This document shows, in pieces, positions 1 to 10,740 of a DNA stretch of 64,000 nt. The position numbers and the translations under genes are program-made. The DNA comes from an uncultured Francisellaceae bacterium (lineage in GTDB: Bacteria > Pseudomonadota > Gammaproteobacteria > UBA6186 > Azoamicaceae), in NCBI GenBank assembly GCA_903822055.1, contig CAIJNR010000106.1, positions 2,297 through 66,296 of the forward strand, given 5' to 3'. The notes under the pieces were generated by a model. It was given only the letters and a program-made list of their open reading frames with translations, was not told the DNA's origin and made no database searches. Positions within the stretch are counted from its first letter, which is position 1; each line of letters begins with the position of its first letter.

Positions 1-906
1 CTTTAATTTCTTGTAATTTTCTTCTAAATTCCAGCGTAAATGGTATAGTTTACCAATATCAACTATAGAAAAACATTCTCTGTTTAATGAAGTAACCAAC
101 ACCTCTTTTGCACCGTTTGGCAAAGTAATTACTATTACTCTTGTAGAGATATCTCCAATGGTAAAATAAAAATCTGTTTCTCCTGCTTTTACTAGTTCCC
201 ATATTCCAAGATAACATTTACTAGGTAAGCGAAATATAAAATCTATCATCAAATCCTTATGTAATTTTATAAATTGCTTAGAAACGTATCCTCTATCATA
301 AATAAAACAAATATTTTTCTGATTATATCCTCGTAGCTCTTTTGTTAATAAAGGTAATTGTTCATGAGCCATGGATTGTTCTCCAACATCCCATCCCTTA
401 AGACGAGCATCTAAAATTAACCCTGTACATAAATCTACAAACATAGAAACTCTACCGAGTATAGGGTTATTATTAGTATTTTCCCCATTACATTTAAATT
501 TGCCGAAATATCTTTCAACCTCTTCTGATTTTGGTAACCTTAAAGATGAACCATCTGCTCCAACAAAACGATATCCTTTCCATTGACCTAAAGTAGGGTT
601 TTGCTCAAATGATTCTTGCAAACTTATTTTTAATAATTCTTCAAAACCAGTATGACTAAATTTATATCTTGCTTTAGAAAAAGCTTGCTTAGATAGGGGT
701 AATTTGTGAACATTCGGCTCTAAAAACTCACATTCTAATTGTAAGCTTTTTTTGGCGAGCTTAAGGATAGTAGCAACAACAGTAGCAAACTCCAATTTTC
801 TTCTCCTCGTAAAAAATTTGCTATTTATTTTGTGCTTATCTAAAAAATGTTGAGAATAAATTACTTCTTTTATTTTATCTATTAATTTATTGCCACACAA
901 TATCAT
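1..906 (-). CDS. IS4-family DDE transposase (C-terminus cut by window edge)
   Basis: Absent from the ORF track because it runs off the window. My minus-strand translation starts at ATG 906-904, with AGGAGG (915-920) 8 nt upstream, and reads MILCGNKLIDKIKEV... with no stops to position 1. It contains ..FVGADGSSL.., ..IYDRGYV.. and ..LYHLRWNLEENYKKLK (the Y-x2-R-x3-E-x6-K signature of IS4-family enzymes). Confidence 0.7.
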   Translation of the reverse strand, partial: MILCGNKLIDKIKEVIYSQHFLDKHKINSKFFTRRRKLEFATVVATILKLAKKSLQLECEFLEPNVHKLPLSKQAFSKARYKFSHTGFEELLKISLQESFEQNPTLGQWKGYRFVGADGSSLRLPKSEEVERYFGKFKCNGENTNNNPILGRVSMFVDLCTGLILDARLKGWDVGEQSMAHEQLPLLTKELRGYNQKNICFIYDRGYVSKQFIKLHKDLMIDFIFRLPSKCYLGIWELVKAGETDFYFTIGDISTRVIVITLPNGAKEVLVTSLNRECFSIVDIGKLYHLRWNLEENYKKLK

Positions 907-1064
907 ATAGAAATCCTCCTATGTTATTTGCATGTATAGGATTATTTTCTACCTTTTATTAAAGTTGACCAAGTAAAATCTAGGCTTGCTTGCTTAAGTT
1001 GACGGCATTACGTGAACGGTTACAGTTATTTTTTATGTCACAAATTTGTTGCAGATTCAGTTGA

Positions 1065-2459
1065 TTACCTTGTGATTAATCTTTCTAGGCTTATATACTT
1101 TAGGGTATATTTAAATCTTAACATCAAAGTAAGTGCTCCGATAGATAGACCAACTATTAACCCTAACCATACACCAATAGCACCAACATTAAAAGTAAAG
1201 GCTAATAAATAAACACTTGGAAAAGCTATTAACCAAAAAGTAATTAAATTTATATACATTGATATTTTAGTATCTTTCAAAGCACGTAATGCCCCAGTGG
1301 TTATTAAACGAAAATTTTCACTTAGTTGTAATATTCCAGTCATAAACAAAAATAAGGTTGCATGATCTATTAATGTGTTATTTGATAATGGATTAATATT
1401 AACACTTAAGGTAATAATGTTTTTCGGAAAATAAATAAAAATAATTGTTGCTATTAACATGAAGCAAAAGCCAATACTCAAGTTCACATATAATGCTAGT
1501 TCTATAGTATCTTTATTGTTATTACCGATTGTACGCCCAATACGTACTGTGATTCCTTGCGAAATACCAAAAATAATAGCTAATGTAAAAACAAAACATT
1601 GGTAAGCAATTTGATGTGCAGCTAATATATGTTCTCCAAATTGTCCCATCATAAGAGCGACTGCTGCAAATAATGTCATTTCAATGCAATACATCATACC
1701 CAAAGGCCATCCAACCCTAATAAGTTCAAAGAAGTATTTGCTATTAAAGTGACAAAAATTAGAAAATAATTGATATTGGCGTACTTTTTTAGAAAAGCAA
1801 AGGTAACAAGAGATAATAATAAGGCTAAACAAAATACTTAATGTCATACCATAGCCGATACCAACTAACCCTAATTTTGGTATACCGCATGTTCCAAAAA
1901 ATAAGGTATAAAAAAATAAAATTTCTAATGGAACTCTAAAAAAACTTAAAAATAATACAAATTTGGTAATAGAAGTCCCAATCAAAAATTGTTCCATTAC
2001 TATTAATAAATTTAATGGCAAAATACACCAAATTAATGAGTGAAAATATGGTATAGCTAATTCGATAATATCTGTATTTTGATTGGTTAAATATAATATT
2101 GTAGGTGCAAACCAAATTACTAACATCATAGGTATTGCAAGTATAAAAGCTAAAATAATTCCTTGATTAACCGCTATACTCATGCCTTGTCTATCATTTA
2201 TTCCATGGCTATGAGCAACTAATACACTAACAGAACTGAGTGTTCCAAAAGATATAGATATTAAGGCAATATAAAAACTCCAAACTAAAACATTAGTTGC
2301 TAATTCTTTGTAGCCTAAATGAGCTATCATAATAGTAGTTATTACTCCACTTGAAGCATAAACTAATTGAGAAGCAATCAGAGGAAATGATAGGCTTAAG
2401 GATTCTTTTAATTCACAAACAATCAATTGCAATTTATTATTAACATTTAATTTAAACAT
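1065..2459 (-). CDS. MATE-family efflux transporter
   Basis: 464-aa polytopic membrane ORF with about 12 hydrophobic segments. The NorM/DinF-like N-terminus (..LSFPLIASQLVYASSGVITTIMIAHLG..) is typical of MATE proteins. Confidence 0.85.
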   Translation of the reverse strand: MFKLNVNNKLQLIVCELKESLSLSFPLIASQLVYASSGVITTIMIAHLGYKELATNVLVWSFYIALISISFGTLSSVSVLVAHSHGINDRQGMSIAVNQGIILAFILAIPMMLVIWFAPTILYLTNQNTDIIELAIPYFHSLIWCILPLNLLIVMEQFLIGTSITKFVLFLSFFRVPLEILFFYTLFFGTCGIPKLGLVGIGYGMTLSILFSLIIISCYLCFSKKVRQYQLFSNFCHFNSKYFFELIRVGWPLGMMYCIEMTLFAAVALMMGQFGEHILAAHQIAYQCFVFTLAIIFGISQGITVRIGRTIGNNNKDTIELALYVNLSIGFCFMLIATIIFIYFPKNIITLSVNINPLSNNTLIDHATLFLFMTGILQLSENFRLITTGALRALKDTKISMYINLITFWLIAFPSVYLLAFTFNVGAIGVWLGLIVGLSIGALTLMLRFKYTLKYISLERLITR

Positions 2460-2560
2460 TTTACACTTTTATCAATAAAAAATTTTGTTGTTTCATAAAT
2501 TAATTTTTACCATACAAGATACTACCATATATTTTTTTATCTATGATTAATTTATACCAG

Positions 2561-3691
2561 CTAATTTGTAACAATAACACATGAGTGTTTTTGATGATGT
2601 TTATTAGAGTTTTTATAAAGTTCAATACTAGTAATAAAATCTTGAAATAAATTTTTAGCATCAGATGGTCCTGGACCAGCTTCTGGATGCCCTTGTAACC
2701 CAAATATCGGTAGATCTGTATGTATAAACCCTTGGAGTGAGCCATCAAACAAAGAATAATGGGTGGGAATAATAGTATTTGGTAATGATTTATCAACAAT
2801 AGTAAAATTATGATTTTGATTAGTAATTAAAATTTTCTTAGATTTACAGTCCTTAATTGGATGATTAATGCCATGATGTCCAAACAACATTTTAACAATT
2901 TTAGCTCCAAACGCTAGCGCTAATAATTGAAATCCCAAACAAATACCGAAAATTGGGATACCACTATGGATTAATTTTTTAATTATCATAATTTCTTTAA
3001 CACATACGGTTGGATCTCCAGGACCATTAGATATGAGTATTCCGTCTAGTTTAATGGCCATTATATCATTGAATGCACTATTGTGCGGAAACATGGTAAT
3101 TTTACAGTCTAATTTATGTAGCAAATTCAATATACTTCTTTTTACTCCAAAATCTATAATACCAATATGATAATTAGCATTTTTGTTCTTTAAATGTACT
3201 ATAATTTTTACACCAACGTTTCTTACTAAGTTTGCATCTTTTAATTTATGAAAATTGCTTAGAGCTTTTAATGCCATGTTTTTATTTAGATTTCCTGCCA
3301 TTATCGCCGCATTTAAACAACCATAATCCCTAATTTTTTTTGTTATGTATCTTGTATCAACACCTTGGATACCAATAACATTCTGTTGGTATAGAAAATT
3401 TTGTAGCAAATTATTTGCTTGCCAATTACTGGCATACGTAGATATTTCTTTAACTATTATTCCAGCAGCCCATATCCTGTCAGATTCAGAATCCGTTTGA
3501 TTAACACCAACATTACCAATATGAGGATAAGTAAAATTAATAATCTGATTTTTATACGAAGGATCTGTAAGGATCTCTTGGTAGCCAGTCATTCCTGTAT
3601 TAAATATTACTTCACCACAAACTAACCCTGGAACACCGATACTTTGTCCATACAAAATTTCTTTACCTAATACTAACATGGCTGGAAGCAT
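2561..3691 (-). CDS. carA: carbamoyl-phosphate synthase small (glutaminase) subunit
   Basis: 376 aa. CarA N-domain motifs (GEVIFNTGMTGYQEILTDPSY) and a class I amidotransferase region (GICLGFQLL, GHHGINHP, QGHPE). Confidence 0.95.
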   Translation of the reverse strand: MLPAMLVLGKEILYGQSIGVPGLVCGEVIFNTGMTGYQEILTDPSYKNQIINFTYPHIGNVGVNQTDSESDRIWAAGIIVKEISTYASNWQANNLLQNFLYQQNVIGIQGVDTRYITKKIRDYGCLNAAIMAGNLNKNMALKALSNFHKLKDANLVRNVGVKIIVHLKNKNANYHIGIIDFGVKRSILNLLHKLDCKITMFPHNSAFNDIMAIKLDGILISNGPGDPTVCVKEIMIIKKLIHSGIPIFGICLGFQLLALAFGAKIVKMLFGHHGINHPIKDCKSKKILITNQNHNFTIVDKSLPNTIIPTHYSLFDGSLQGFIHTDLPIFGLQGHPEAGPGPSDAKNLFQDFITSIELYKNSNKHHQKHSCVIVTN

Positions 3692-3778
3692 TTTAGATCC
3701 AAATAAATTTTATAAATTATAGTAAGATACTATATCAAACAATTAGTGAAAACCATAAAGGTAAAAAAATTAATTATT

Positions 3779-6700
3779 ATGAAATACCAACATATAAAAA
3801 GTGTACTTATTATTGGTTCTGGACCAATTACTGTTGGTCAAGCTTGTGAATTTGATTATGCTGGAACTCAAGCATGTAAAGCATTAAAAAGTGCTGGATA
3901 TAAAGTTATTTTGTTAAACTCTAATCCTGCTACTATCATGACAGATCCAGAAATAGCAGATTCAGTTTATATTGATGCCATTAATTCTTATACCATTGAC
4001 AAAATATTAAGAATAGAAAAACCAAATGCTTTACTAACTACAATGGGAGGGCAAACAGCCTTAAATTGTGCTATAGAACTTAACAAAAAAGGAATCTTAG
4101 CAAAACATAATGTAGATCTAATCGGAGCAGATCAACGAACAATTGAACAAGCAGAATCAAGGGATAAATTTAGACAAGCAATGTCGCATATCGGGCTAGC
4201 ACTTCCTAAAGGTTATATTGTAACCAATATTAATGATGCTAAAAAATATCAACAACTTCTTGGTTTTCCGATTGTTGTAAGATCTTCTTATACATTAGGT
4301 GGCAGTGGAGGTGGTATTGCTGTTAATAAAGCAGATTTTTTAAAAATATGTCAGCGTGGTTTTACTGAATCAATAACACATGAAATCTTGCTAGAAGAAT
4401 CCTTGTTGGGTTGGAAAGAATTTGAGTTAGAAGTTATAGTAGATCGAAATGATAATTGTATAGTAATTTGTACTATTGAAAATATCGATCCGATTGGTAT
4501 TCATACTGGAGATTCAATTACAGTAGCTCCAGCTCAAACTTTAACTGATAAACAATATCAAAAAATGCGCGATGCTGCTATTTTAGCACTAAAAAAGATA
4601 GGGGTTAAAGCTGGTACAGCAAATGTGCAATTTGCAGTAGATCCTAAAACTGGTAAACAAGTTATTATAGAAATCAATCCAAGAGTGTCACGTTCATCAG
4701 CTTTAGCTTCCAAAGCAACTGGTTTTCCAATTGCTAAAGTTGCCGCACTATTAGCGGTTGGATTTACTTTAGATCAACTAACGAATAATATTATGGCAAA
4801 AGTAATGCCAAGTTTTTTCGAACCTACTATTGATTATGTAGTAACAAAAATTCCAAGATTTAATTTTGAAAAATTTCCTGAGCATCGTGCTGTTTTAACA
4901 ACTCAAATGAAATCAATAGGCGAAGTTATGGCTATAGGAAGAACTTTTCAATCTTCCCTACAAAAAGCACTTAATAGCTTAGAAATTGGTATTAGTGGAT
5001 TTAGTAATAAAAAAACTTTTATGCCAGTGTCTAATATAAAATCAATTAAAACCCAACTGAAGAATCCAGGATCATTACGAATATTATTTATTGCTGAAGC
5101 GTGTAGACTTGGTTTAACTATTCAGGAGATCCATAAAATAACAGCAATTGATCCTTGGTTTCTTTATCATATTAATAAATTAATCATACTTGAAATGGAA
5201 GTTAGTATAGTAAAGTTTAATAACTTAAATAAAACACAATTAATGTATTGGAAACAACAAGGATTTTCTGACTTACGTATTGCTGAATTATTACAAATAT
5301 CAGAGAACTCCATTCGTAATAAAAGAATAAGATTTAATGTAAAACCCATATATAAAAGAATCGATAGTTGTGCTGCTGAATTTCTGTCAGATACAGCCTA
5401 TTTATATTCTTCTTATGATTATGAGTGTGAAGCTAAACCTTCTGATAGTAATAAAAAAGTAATTATTTTAGGTAGTGGTGCAAATAGAATTGGCCAAGGA
5501 ATAGAATTTGATTATTGCTGTGTAAAAGCACTACAAGCATTAAAAATATTTGGTTTTGAATCGATTATGATAAATTGTAATCCAGAAACAGTATCTACAG
5601 ATTATGATGTAGCTGATAGATTATATTTTGAACCATTAACTTTAGAATCAGTTTTAGATATAGTAGAATTAGAAAAACCATTAGGCATAATTTTACAATT
5701 TGGTGGACAAACACCGTTAAAACTTGCAGAAGCCTTACATGCAGCAAAAATTAAAATTCTTGGTACACACTTTGAAACCATAGATGTTACTGAAGATAGA
5801 AAAAAGTTTGCTGCTGTTATTAATCAGCTACAGCTAAAGCAACCTAAAAATTCTTTTGCTTATTCTTTAAACAAAGCAAAACAAATTGCTAAAAATATTA
5901 CATTTCCCTTAATAATTAGGCCATCTTATGTATTAGGTGGTAGCGCAATGAAAGTTATATATAATGAAAAAGAATTGACTAAATGTTGGCAAGTTATTCA
6001 ACAACAAACCGAAAGTGATATTTTATTAGAAAAATACTTAAAAAATGCTGTAGAAGTTGATGTTGATTGTATTTGTGATAAAACTGGTGATTTTATTATA
6101 TTAGGGATTATGGAACATATTGAACCAGCAGGTATACATTCTGGAGATTCATCATGCGTATTACCAGCTATTACTTTAAATAAAGAAGAAATTAAAGATA
6201 TAGAAAATTATATAGCTAAAATCATTAAATATTTTAAACCAATAGGATTTATCAATGTTCAATTTGCTATATACAAAAATAATGTTTATATTTTAGAAGT
6301 AAATCCTAGGGCTTCTAGAAATATTCCATTTTTATCTAAAGCTCGTCATATGCCTTATGTTGAAATAGCAACTAAATGTTTAATGAATATAAATCTATCT
6401 GAACAAGAAATAAATCACACCGATCTTTCTTTAAAGCCATATTATTGTGTAAAACATCCTATAATTCCTTTTAATAAATTTTCTGGTGTAACTTTAAAAT
6501 TAGGGCCAGAAATGCGTTCAACTGGAGAAGTTATGGGCATAGATACTAGTTTTTTAAAGGCCTATAAAAAATCTCACGAAAGTTTAAATAAGCTAGCTTT
6601 ACTAAGTAATATCAATATTTTTATAGAATGTTCTTTGGAAGAAATACATATAATTATTAGCCAATTAAAAATGCTAAGAAATGATTCGGTACAAAAAATT

Positions 6701-7003
6701 AATATATATTGTTTTTCTTTGATAGCCACAATATTAACAGCAGCAGGTTTGAAAATAAATACTATTAATAAAACTCACAACTTACAATCATTATTTAGAA
6801 AACATAATTTAAACATGTTGGTAATGACTACAAATGGAGACAATACTAATCAAATAATAAATAATATTTCTGAGTATGCAATTAATGATAATATTGCTTA
6901 TGCTTTAACTATAAATACAGCAAAAATGATGTTGAGTTCTTTATTAATTTCTAATATATATAATACATTTTCAATACAAGAATGGCGAAATTATCTATGT
7001 TGA
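3779..7003 (+). CDS. carB: carbamoyl-phosphate synthase large subunit
   Basis: Two ATP-grasp halves (..IIGSGPITVGQACEFDYAGTQA.. and ..ILGSGANRIGQGIEFDYCCV..; EINPRVSRSSALASKATG; EVNPRASR). The ORF track starts at GTG 3746; ATG 3779 (MKYQHIKSVLIIGSG) fits the conserved N-terminus better. Confidence 0.95.
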   Translation: MKYQHIKSVLIIGSGPITVGQACEFDYAGTQACKALKSAGYKVILLNSNPATIMTDPEIADSVYIDAINSYTIDKILRIEKPNALLTTMGGQTALNCAIELNKKGILAKHNVDLIGADQRTIEQAESRDKFRQAMSHIGLALPKGYIVTNINDAKKYQQLLGFPIVVRSSYTLGGSGGGIAVNKADFLKICQRGFTESITHEILLEESLLGWKEFELEVIVDRNDNCIVICTIENIDPIGIHTGDSITVAPAQTLTDKQYQKMRDAAILALKKIGVKAGTANVQFAVDPKTGKQVIIEINPRVSRSSALASKATGFPIAKVAALLAVGFTLDQLTNNIMAKVMPSFFEPTIDYVVTKIPRFNFEKFPEHRAVLTTQMKSIGEVMAIGRTFQSSLQKALNSLEIGISGFSNKKTFMPVSNIKSIKTQLKNPGSLRILFIAEACRLGLTIQEIHKITAIDPWFLYHINKLIILEMEVSIVKFNNLNKTQLMYWKQQGFSDLRIAELLQISENSIRNKRIRFNVKPIYKRIDSCAAEFLSDTAYLYSSYDYECEAKPSDSNKKVIILGSGANRIGQGIEFDYCCVKALQALKIFGFESIMINCNPETVSTDYDVADRLYFEPLTLESVLDIVELEKPLGIILQFGGQTPLKLAEALHAAKIKILGTHFETIDVTEDRKKFAAVINQLQLKQPKNSFAYSLNKAKQIAKNITFPLIIRPSYVLGGSAMKVIYNEKELTKCWQVIQQQTESDILLEKYLKNAVEVDVDCICDKTGDFIILGIMEHIEPAGIHSGDSSCVLPAITLNKEEIKDIENYIAKIIKYFKPIGFINVQFAIYKNNVYILEVNPRASRNIPFLSKARHMPYVEIATKCLMNINLSEQEINHTDLSLKPYYCVKHPIIPFNKFSGVTLKLGPEMRSTGEVMGIDTSFLKAYKKSHESLNKLALLSNINIFIECSLEEIHIIISQLKMLRNDSVQKINIYCFSLIATILTAAGLKINTINKTHNLQSLFRKHNLNMLVMTTNGDNTNQIINNISEYAINDNIAYALTINTAKMMLSSLLISNIYNTFSIQEWRNYLC

Positions 7004-7929
7004 TTATTAACATAATTACGATCAACAGACAAATAATCAAGAATTAACCAACGATAATCATCATTGCAATTTAAACATGGTTTAAATTGTAACTCTTGTC
7101 GCAATAATTTTTTTTTCCAAGCAAGAATATCTTTCCAACTTGCATTAGCTACAGATCTAAAATAAGAATCTTCTTCTATATCATTCGAACACGCCATAAT
7201 ATTACCGTCAGTAGAAATAAAAGTAACAGCAGCATATATACCACAACTAGATTTAATAATTTCTTCGTATTTATTGGTAATATAATTTCCGCCACGATTA
7301 TGAACACGACGTACATGAATATCAAATCCCCACTTATCGGCTAAGTCCATTACTATTGGTAAATCGACTTGATTTTCTTTAAATAGTACAAAATTTAATT
7401 GCACGCGTAAATTAAGTGGTCGGTTTAGAGCAAGATATCGTAAATTACTGTCTAAAGTATTTTTGTATTTTGTAGATCCCATAATTAAGTTCAGGGAATT
7501 TGAACTGATCCCTGAATAGCTAATCTGAAACTGATCTACTCCAGATGTAATTAGTTGCTGCTGTCGCTGAGGAGTAAGTAAAATACCGTTGGTTATTATG
7601 CACGAAGATATATTGAGGGTTTTTAAAATCGAAATATATGTTGTCAAGTGTTTATTAATCAATGGTTCGCCCAATCCAGCAAACATTACCACAGCATTAT
7701 TAGGTAGTAATTTAACAACAAGGTCGAAAATTTCAGGAGTCATTATTTTTGCGTGCCGACGCACTTTAGCTCTTGGACAAAATGAGCAAGCAATATTACA
7801 GTTAGATGCTACCTCAATATCAAACAATGGATTATTGTCAAGTACCTTAAATGCGGAAGCACGAAGTTTGGTTAATGGGTAGCTTTTTATTGCTTTGACT
7901 TGAAAATCTACTTTTTTATAATAGTTCAT
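6991..7929 (-). CDS. radical SAM enzyme (twitch/SPASM-like C-terminus)
   Basis: 312 aa. CxxxCxxC cluster in ..ASNCNIACSFCPRAK.., GGEPL-like ..FAGLGEPLIN.., and C-terminal Cys residues (..FKPCLNCNDDY..). Its start overlaps the upstream gene stop by 4 nt. Confidence 0.8.
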   Translation of the reverse strand: MNYYKKVDFQVKAIKSYPLTKLRASAFKVLDNNPLFDIEVASNCNIACSFCPRAKVRRHAKIMTPEIFDLVVKLLPNNAVVMFAGLGEPLINKHLTTYISILKTLNISSCIITNGILLTPQRQQQLITSGVDQFQISYSGISSNSLNLIMGSTKYKNTLDSNLRYLALNRPLNLRVQLNFVLFKENQVDLPIVMDLADKWGFDIHVRRVHNRGGNYITNKYEEIIKSSCGIYAAVTFISTDGNIMACSNDIEEDSYFRSVANASWKDILAWKKKLLRQELQFKPCLNCNDDYRWLILDYLSVDRNYVNNQHR

Positions 7930-9110
7930 TGTTTTGTTCTTCCAGACAGATCAAATGGACGCATACGATTACTCCATTTAATATTTTCTAGTGGTTGTTT
8001 TTGGTTTGGATGTTTAGAACTTAAGAAAGATTGGGTATCGTAAGTAACAGGTTGATGTTCTTCTTTTTTACGAAAGTTCATACCACAATTGTAGCAACTA
8101 CCGCGAGGTTTATTGTTTAAAAAAGCTAAACGCATGTTTTTATATAAATCACTATTCCATATTAAAGAAAAATCTTTTTCAAATATATTACCAGCATTTT
8201 GTCCATTATGAGAATGACAACTATATACCTTACCATCATAGTCAATCCATGCTTCATGCCATGGAAGATGGCAGATCGTTGATTCAAAATCTGGCCGAAT
8301 TTGTGTATTGACTAGAATAGGTTCTGCGAGTTGTAATTCAATATTATACAACTTTCCCAATTCAAGAGCTTTATCAAGTATGGGAATCCATATTTTCAGA
8401 TCACCCATTAGCGATTCTTGGTCCATTTCTGGGGAAAATGAAAATAAATGATAAGCCTTAACACAATTAGCTCCCAAGTCACTAGCAAGTTTAATTAAAT
8501 TTGGAAGTTCTAAATAATTAGTTCGCATTAAGGTCATTTGCAGTCCTAAGTTTACTTTGTTTGATGTTTTATTTTCATCAAGAGCTTTACGTAGTTTGAT
8601 TATATTGTTACACACTATTTCAAATTTGGCTCCTCGACGTTTTTCTTCAAATGTTTTTTTTGATGCCCCATCAAAAGAAATTTTAATATCTCTAATAATA
8701 GGAACTATTTTGGCGATCCGTGGTTCATTGAGAAGGGTACCGTTGGTGGTTAAGTCAAGTAATACCCCATAATGTTCCATTTGTTCGCACATATAGTTAA
8801 ACCAAGGACTTACTAGTGGCTCACCAATGTTAGTTGGATGTAGTTCAATGAGGGTAGGAAAAAGTTGCTCTACTACACGTTCAAAAATTTTTAATTGCAT
8901 ACTAATTTTTTTCTGTAAAGGAGAAATTTGGCATATAGGACAAGTTAAATTACACTTATCTGTAGTTTGCAAAATAATTTTTGATGGTAGTGACTTTAAT
9001 TCTGTTGTACATGTTTCATATTCTTTACAGGCCTGCTCATAATTGGCAATTTTTATAGCCCTAAAATGGTTATTAGAATTTAGCATCTCAGGTATAATGT
9101 AATGATCCAT
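7926..9110 (-). CDS. radical SAM/SPASM-domain enzyme
   Basis: 394 aa. ..TTDKCNLTCPICQ.. (CxxxCxxC), ..NIGEPLV.., and a C-terminal Cys-rich region (..CHLPW..YSCHSH..GSCYNCGMN..). Confidence 0.85.
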   Translation of the reverse strand: MDHYIIPEMLNSNNHFRAIKIANYEQACKEYETCTTELKSLPSKIILQTTDKCNLTCPICQISPLQKKISMQLKIFERVVEQLFPTLIELHPTNIGEPLVSPWFNYMCEQMEHYGVLLDLTTNGTLLNEPRIAKIVPIIRDIKISFDGASKKTFEEKRRGAKFEIVCNNIIKLRKALDENKTSNKVNLGLQMTLMRTNYLELPNLIKLASDLGANCVKAYHLFSFSPEMDQESLMGDLKIWIPILDKALELGKLYNIELQLAEPILVNTQIRPDFESTICHLPWHEAWIDYDGKVYSCHSHNGQNAGNIFEKDFSLIWNSDLYKNMRLAFLNNKPRGSCYNCGMNFRKKEEHQPVTYDTQSFLSSKHPNQKQPLENIKWSNRMRPFDLSGRTKQ

Positions 9111-10740
9111 GTACCACCACTAAATCTATGCCCATGCTTGAAGCAATATCTATTGCTTGTTGATGATAGTGAACTATAGGTTCTCCTTTTACATTAAAAG
9201 AAGTATTAATAACACCAGCAATGTTATATTCAGTATCTAAAATCTGTAATATCTTATAAAGAAAAATATTTCCAGGAGTATCATATACAATTTGGGCACG
9301 CAAAGTTCCATCTACATGTAATGCCCCAATAAATTTTTCTTGCCATTTAGGCTCAACAACATAACTACCTAACATATATTGTGCTAATTTTGAATGTATT
9401 ATTTCTGGCTTTAAAGCATTGATAGCAACATTTGGTAGTAATGCTGGTGCTACAGGTCGATACCATTCTCGTTTCTTTATTTGTTCACTTACCTTAATTT
9501 TTAGATTGATATTATCAGGACGAGCTAAAATACTTCGGTGTCCAAGTGCTCTAGGACCTATTTCTGAACCACCAATGCATAGAGCAACTATCTTTTCATT
9601 AGCAATAGCTTTAGCAACTTCATAAACAGTATCTAAAGATATTGGTGTATTAGGAACATCAAAATAATTAACAAATGGTTCATGATGATAAATTTCATTA
9701 CCATTAATGTATTCAATCCAAGCAGCCGCTCCAAGAGAAAGTCCGCTGTCATTAGCACATGGTGGAATAAAAATATTACCATAGCCAAATGTTTGTTCTA
9801 GCAAAACATTAGTAGGTATATTAAGTGCCCCACCACCAGCATATACCAGATATTTAGCGTTAATCTGATTTTTAAAATTACAAATGTTTTTAAAAATATT
9901 GTCTTCAAAATTTTTTTGTATACATGCAGCTAATGTTTGGGTTAAAGGATCTTTAAGATTATTAAAGTTAACCTGTTTACCAGTAACTTGATTAAGATCT
10001 TGAATCATGGTTTTTTTGTTCCACTCATCACCCAAATAAAATCGTTTATTTACCAGATGTTGGTACCAAATAGGATTTGGTTGACCATAAGCAGCAAATC
10101 CCATTAATTTTCCTGGCATTGCTAAATGTTCATCGGTGCTTAAACCTAATATTGTTTTTCCTAATAGACCAATATTGAAATTATTAACTGGATCTTTTAA
10201 ATCATTCCAAGAAGCATGTAAAAGGTGAGGTTTATTTTCATTTATTTGCCAAAAAGAGCATGATGAACTAGAAGCTCCACCATCTACATGTACCAACAGT
10301 TGTTGTTCATTGAATTTTAATCCAAAAGGTAATACAGAAGCTATATGTGCAAATTCATGACACATTATCCAACCATCATAATTTTTCAACTTTCCATCTC
10401 TAAACCATAATACTCGAGCAGGGGTTAATATTTTACCTATAGATAATTTTTCTATTGGTTCAATTCTAAAAAATCCATCGTCTGAAACAAAACTATCGCC
10501 TATAAAACTATTTACCGCAACAAACCTTACTGGTTCATCAATGCTAACCCATTTATTAAGGATGTTAGTGATAAATTTCTCTAATCTTTGATCATATTTT
10601 ATTCCAGAATAACGCTCCAATGTTATTGTAGAAATAACACGCCCATTGCGCATGAATGTTATAGAGTGATCATGAACAAAATTAGGGCTATTATTAGTTA
10701 TGTTAACATCTCTTATCCCGTATATACCAATAGTTAACAT
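9088..10740 (-). CDS. carbamoyltransferase (NodU/CmcH/TobZ family)
   Basis: 550 aa. N-terminal ..IGIYG...HDHSITFMRNGRV.. and the overall length and layout are typical of the carbamoyl-phosphate-dependent O-carbamoyltransferase family. Confidence 0.8.
   Translation of the reverse strand: MLTIGIYGIRDVNITNNSPNFVHDHSITFMRNGRVISTITLERYSGIKYDQRLEKFITNILNKWVSIDEPVRFVAVNSFIGDSFVSDDGFFRIEPIEKLSIGKILTPARVLWFRDGKLKNYDGWIMCHEFAHIASVLPFGLKFNEQQLLVHVDGGASSSSCSFWQINENKPHLLHASWNDLKDPVNNFNIGLLGKTILGLSTDEHLAMPGKLMGFAAYGQPNPIWYQHLVNKRFYLGDEWNKKTMIQDLNQVTGKQVNFNNLKDPLTQTLAACIQKNFEDNIFKNICNFKNQINAKYLVYAGGGALNIPTNVLLEQTFGYGNIFIPPCANDSGLSLGAAAWIEYINGNEIYHHEPFVNYFDVPNTPISLDTVYEVAKAIANEKIVALCIGGSEIGPRALGHRSILARPDNINLKIKVSEQIKKREWYRPVAPALLPNVAINALKPEIIHSKLAQYMLGSYVVEPKWQEKFIGALHVDGTLRAQIVYDTPGNIFLYKILQILDTEYNIAGVINTSFNVKGEPIVHYHQQAIDIASSMGIDLVVVHGSLHYT

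Noticed and set aside
371-586. 71-aa plus-strand ORF.
   Set aside because: It is antisense to the IS4-family transposase frame, which is open across the whole of 1-906.
2500-2799. 99-aa minus-strand ORF overlapping the 3' end of carA.
   Set aside because: It overlaps the well-supported carA frame and has a low-complexity Ile/Leu/Lys-rich product.
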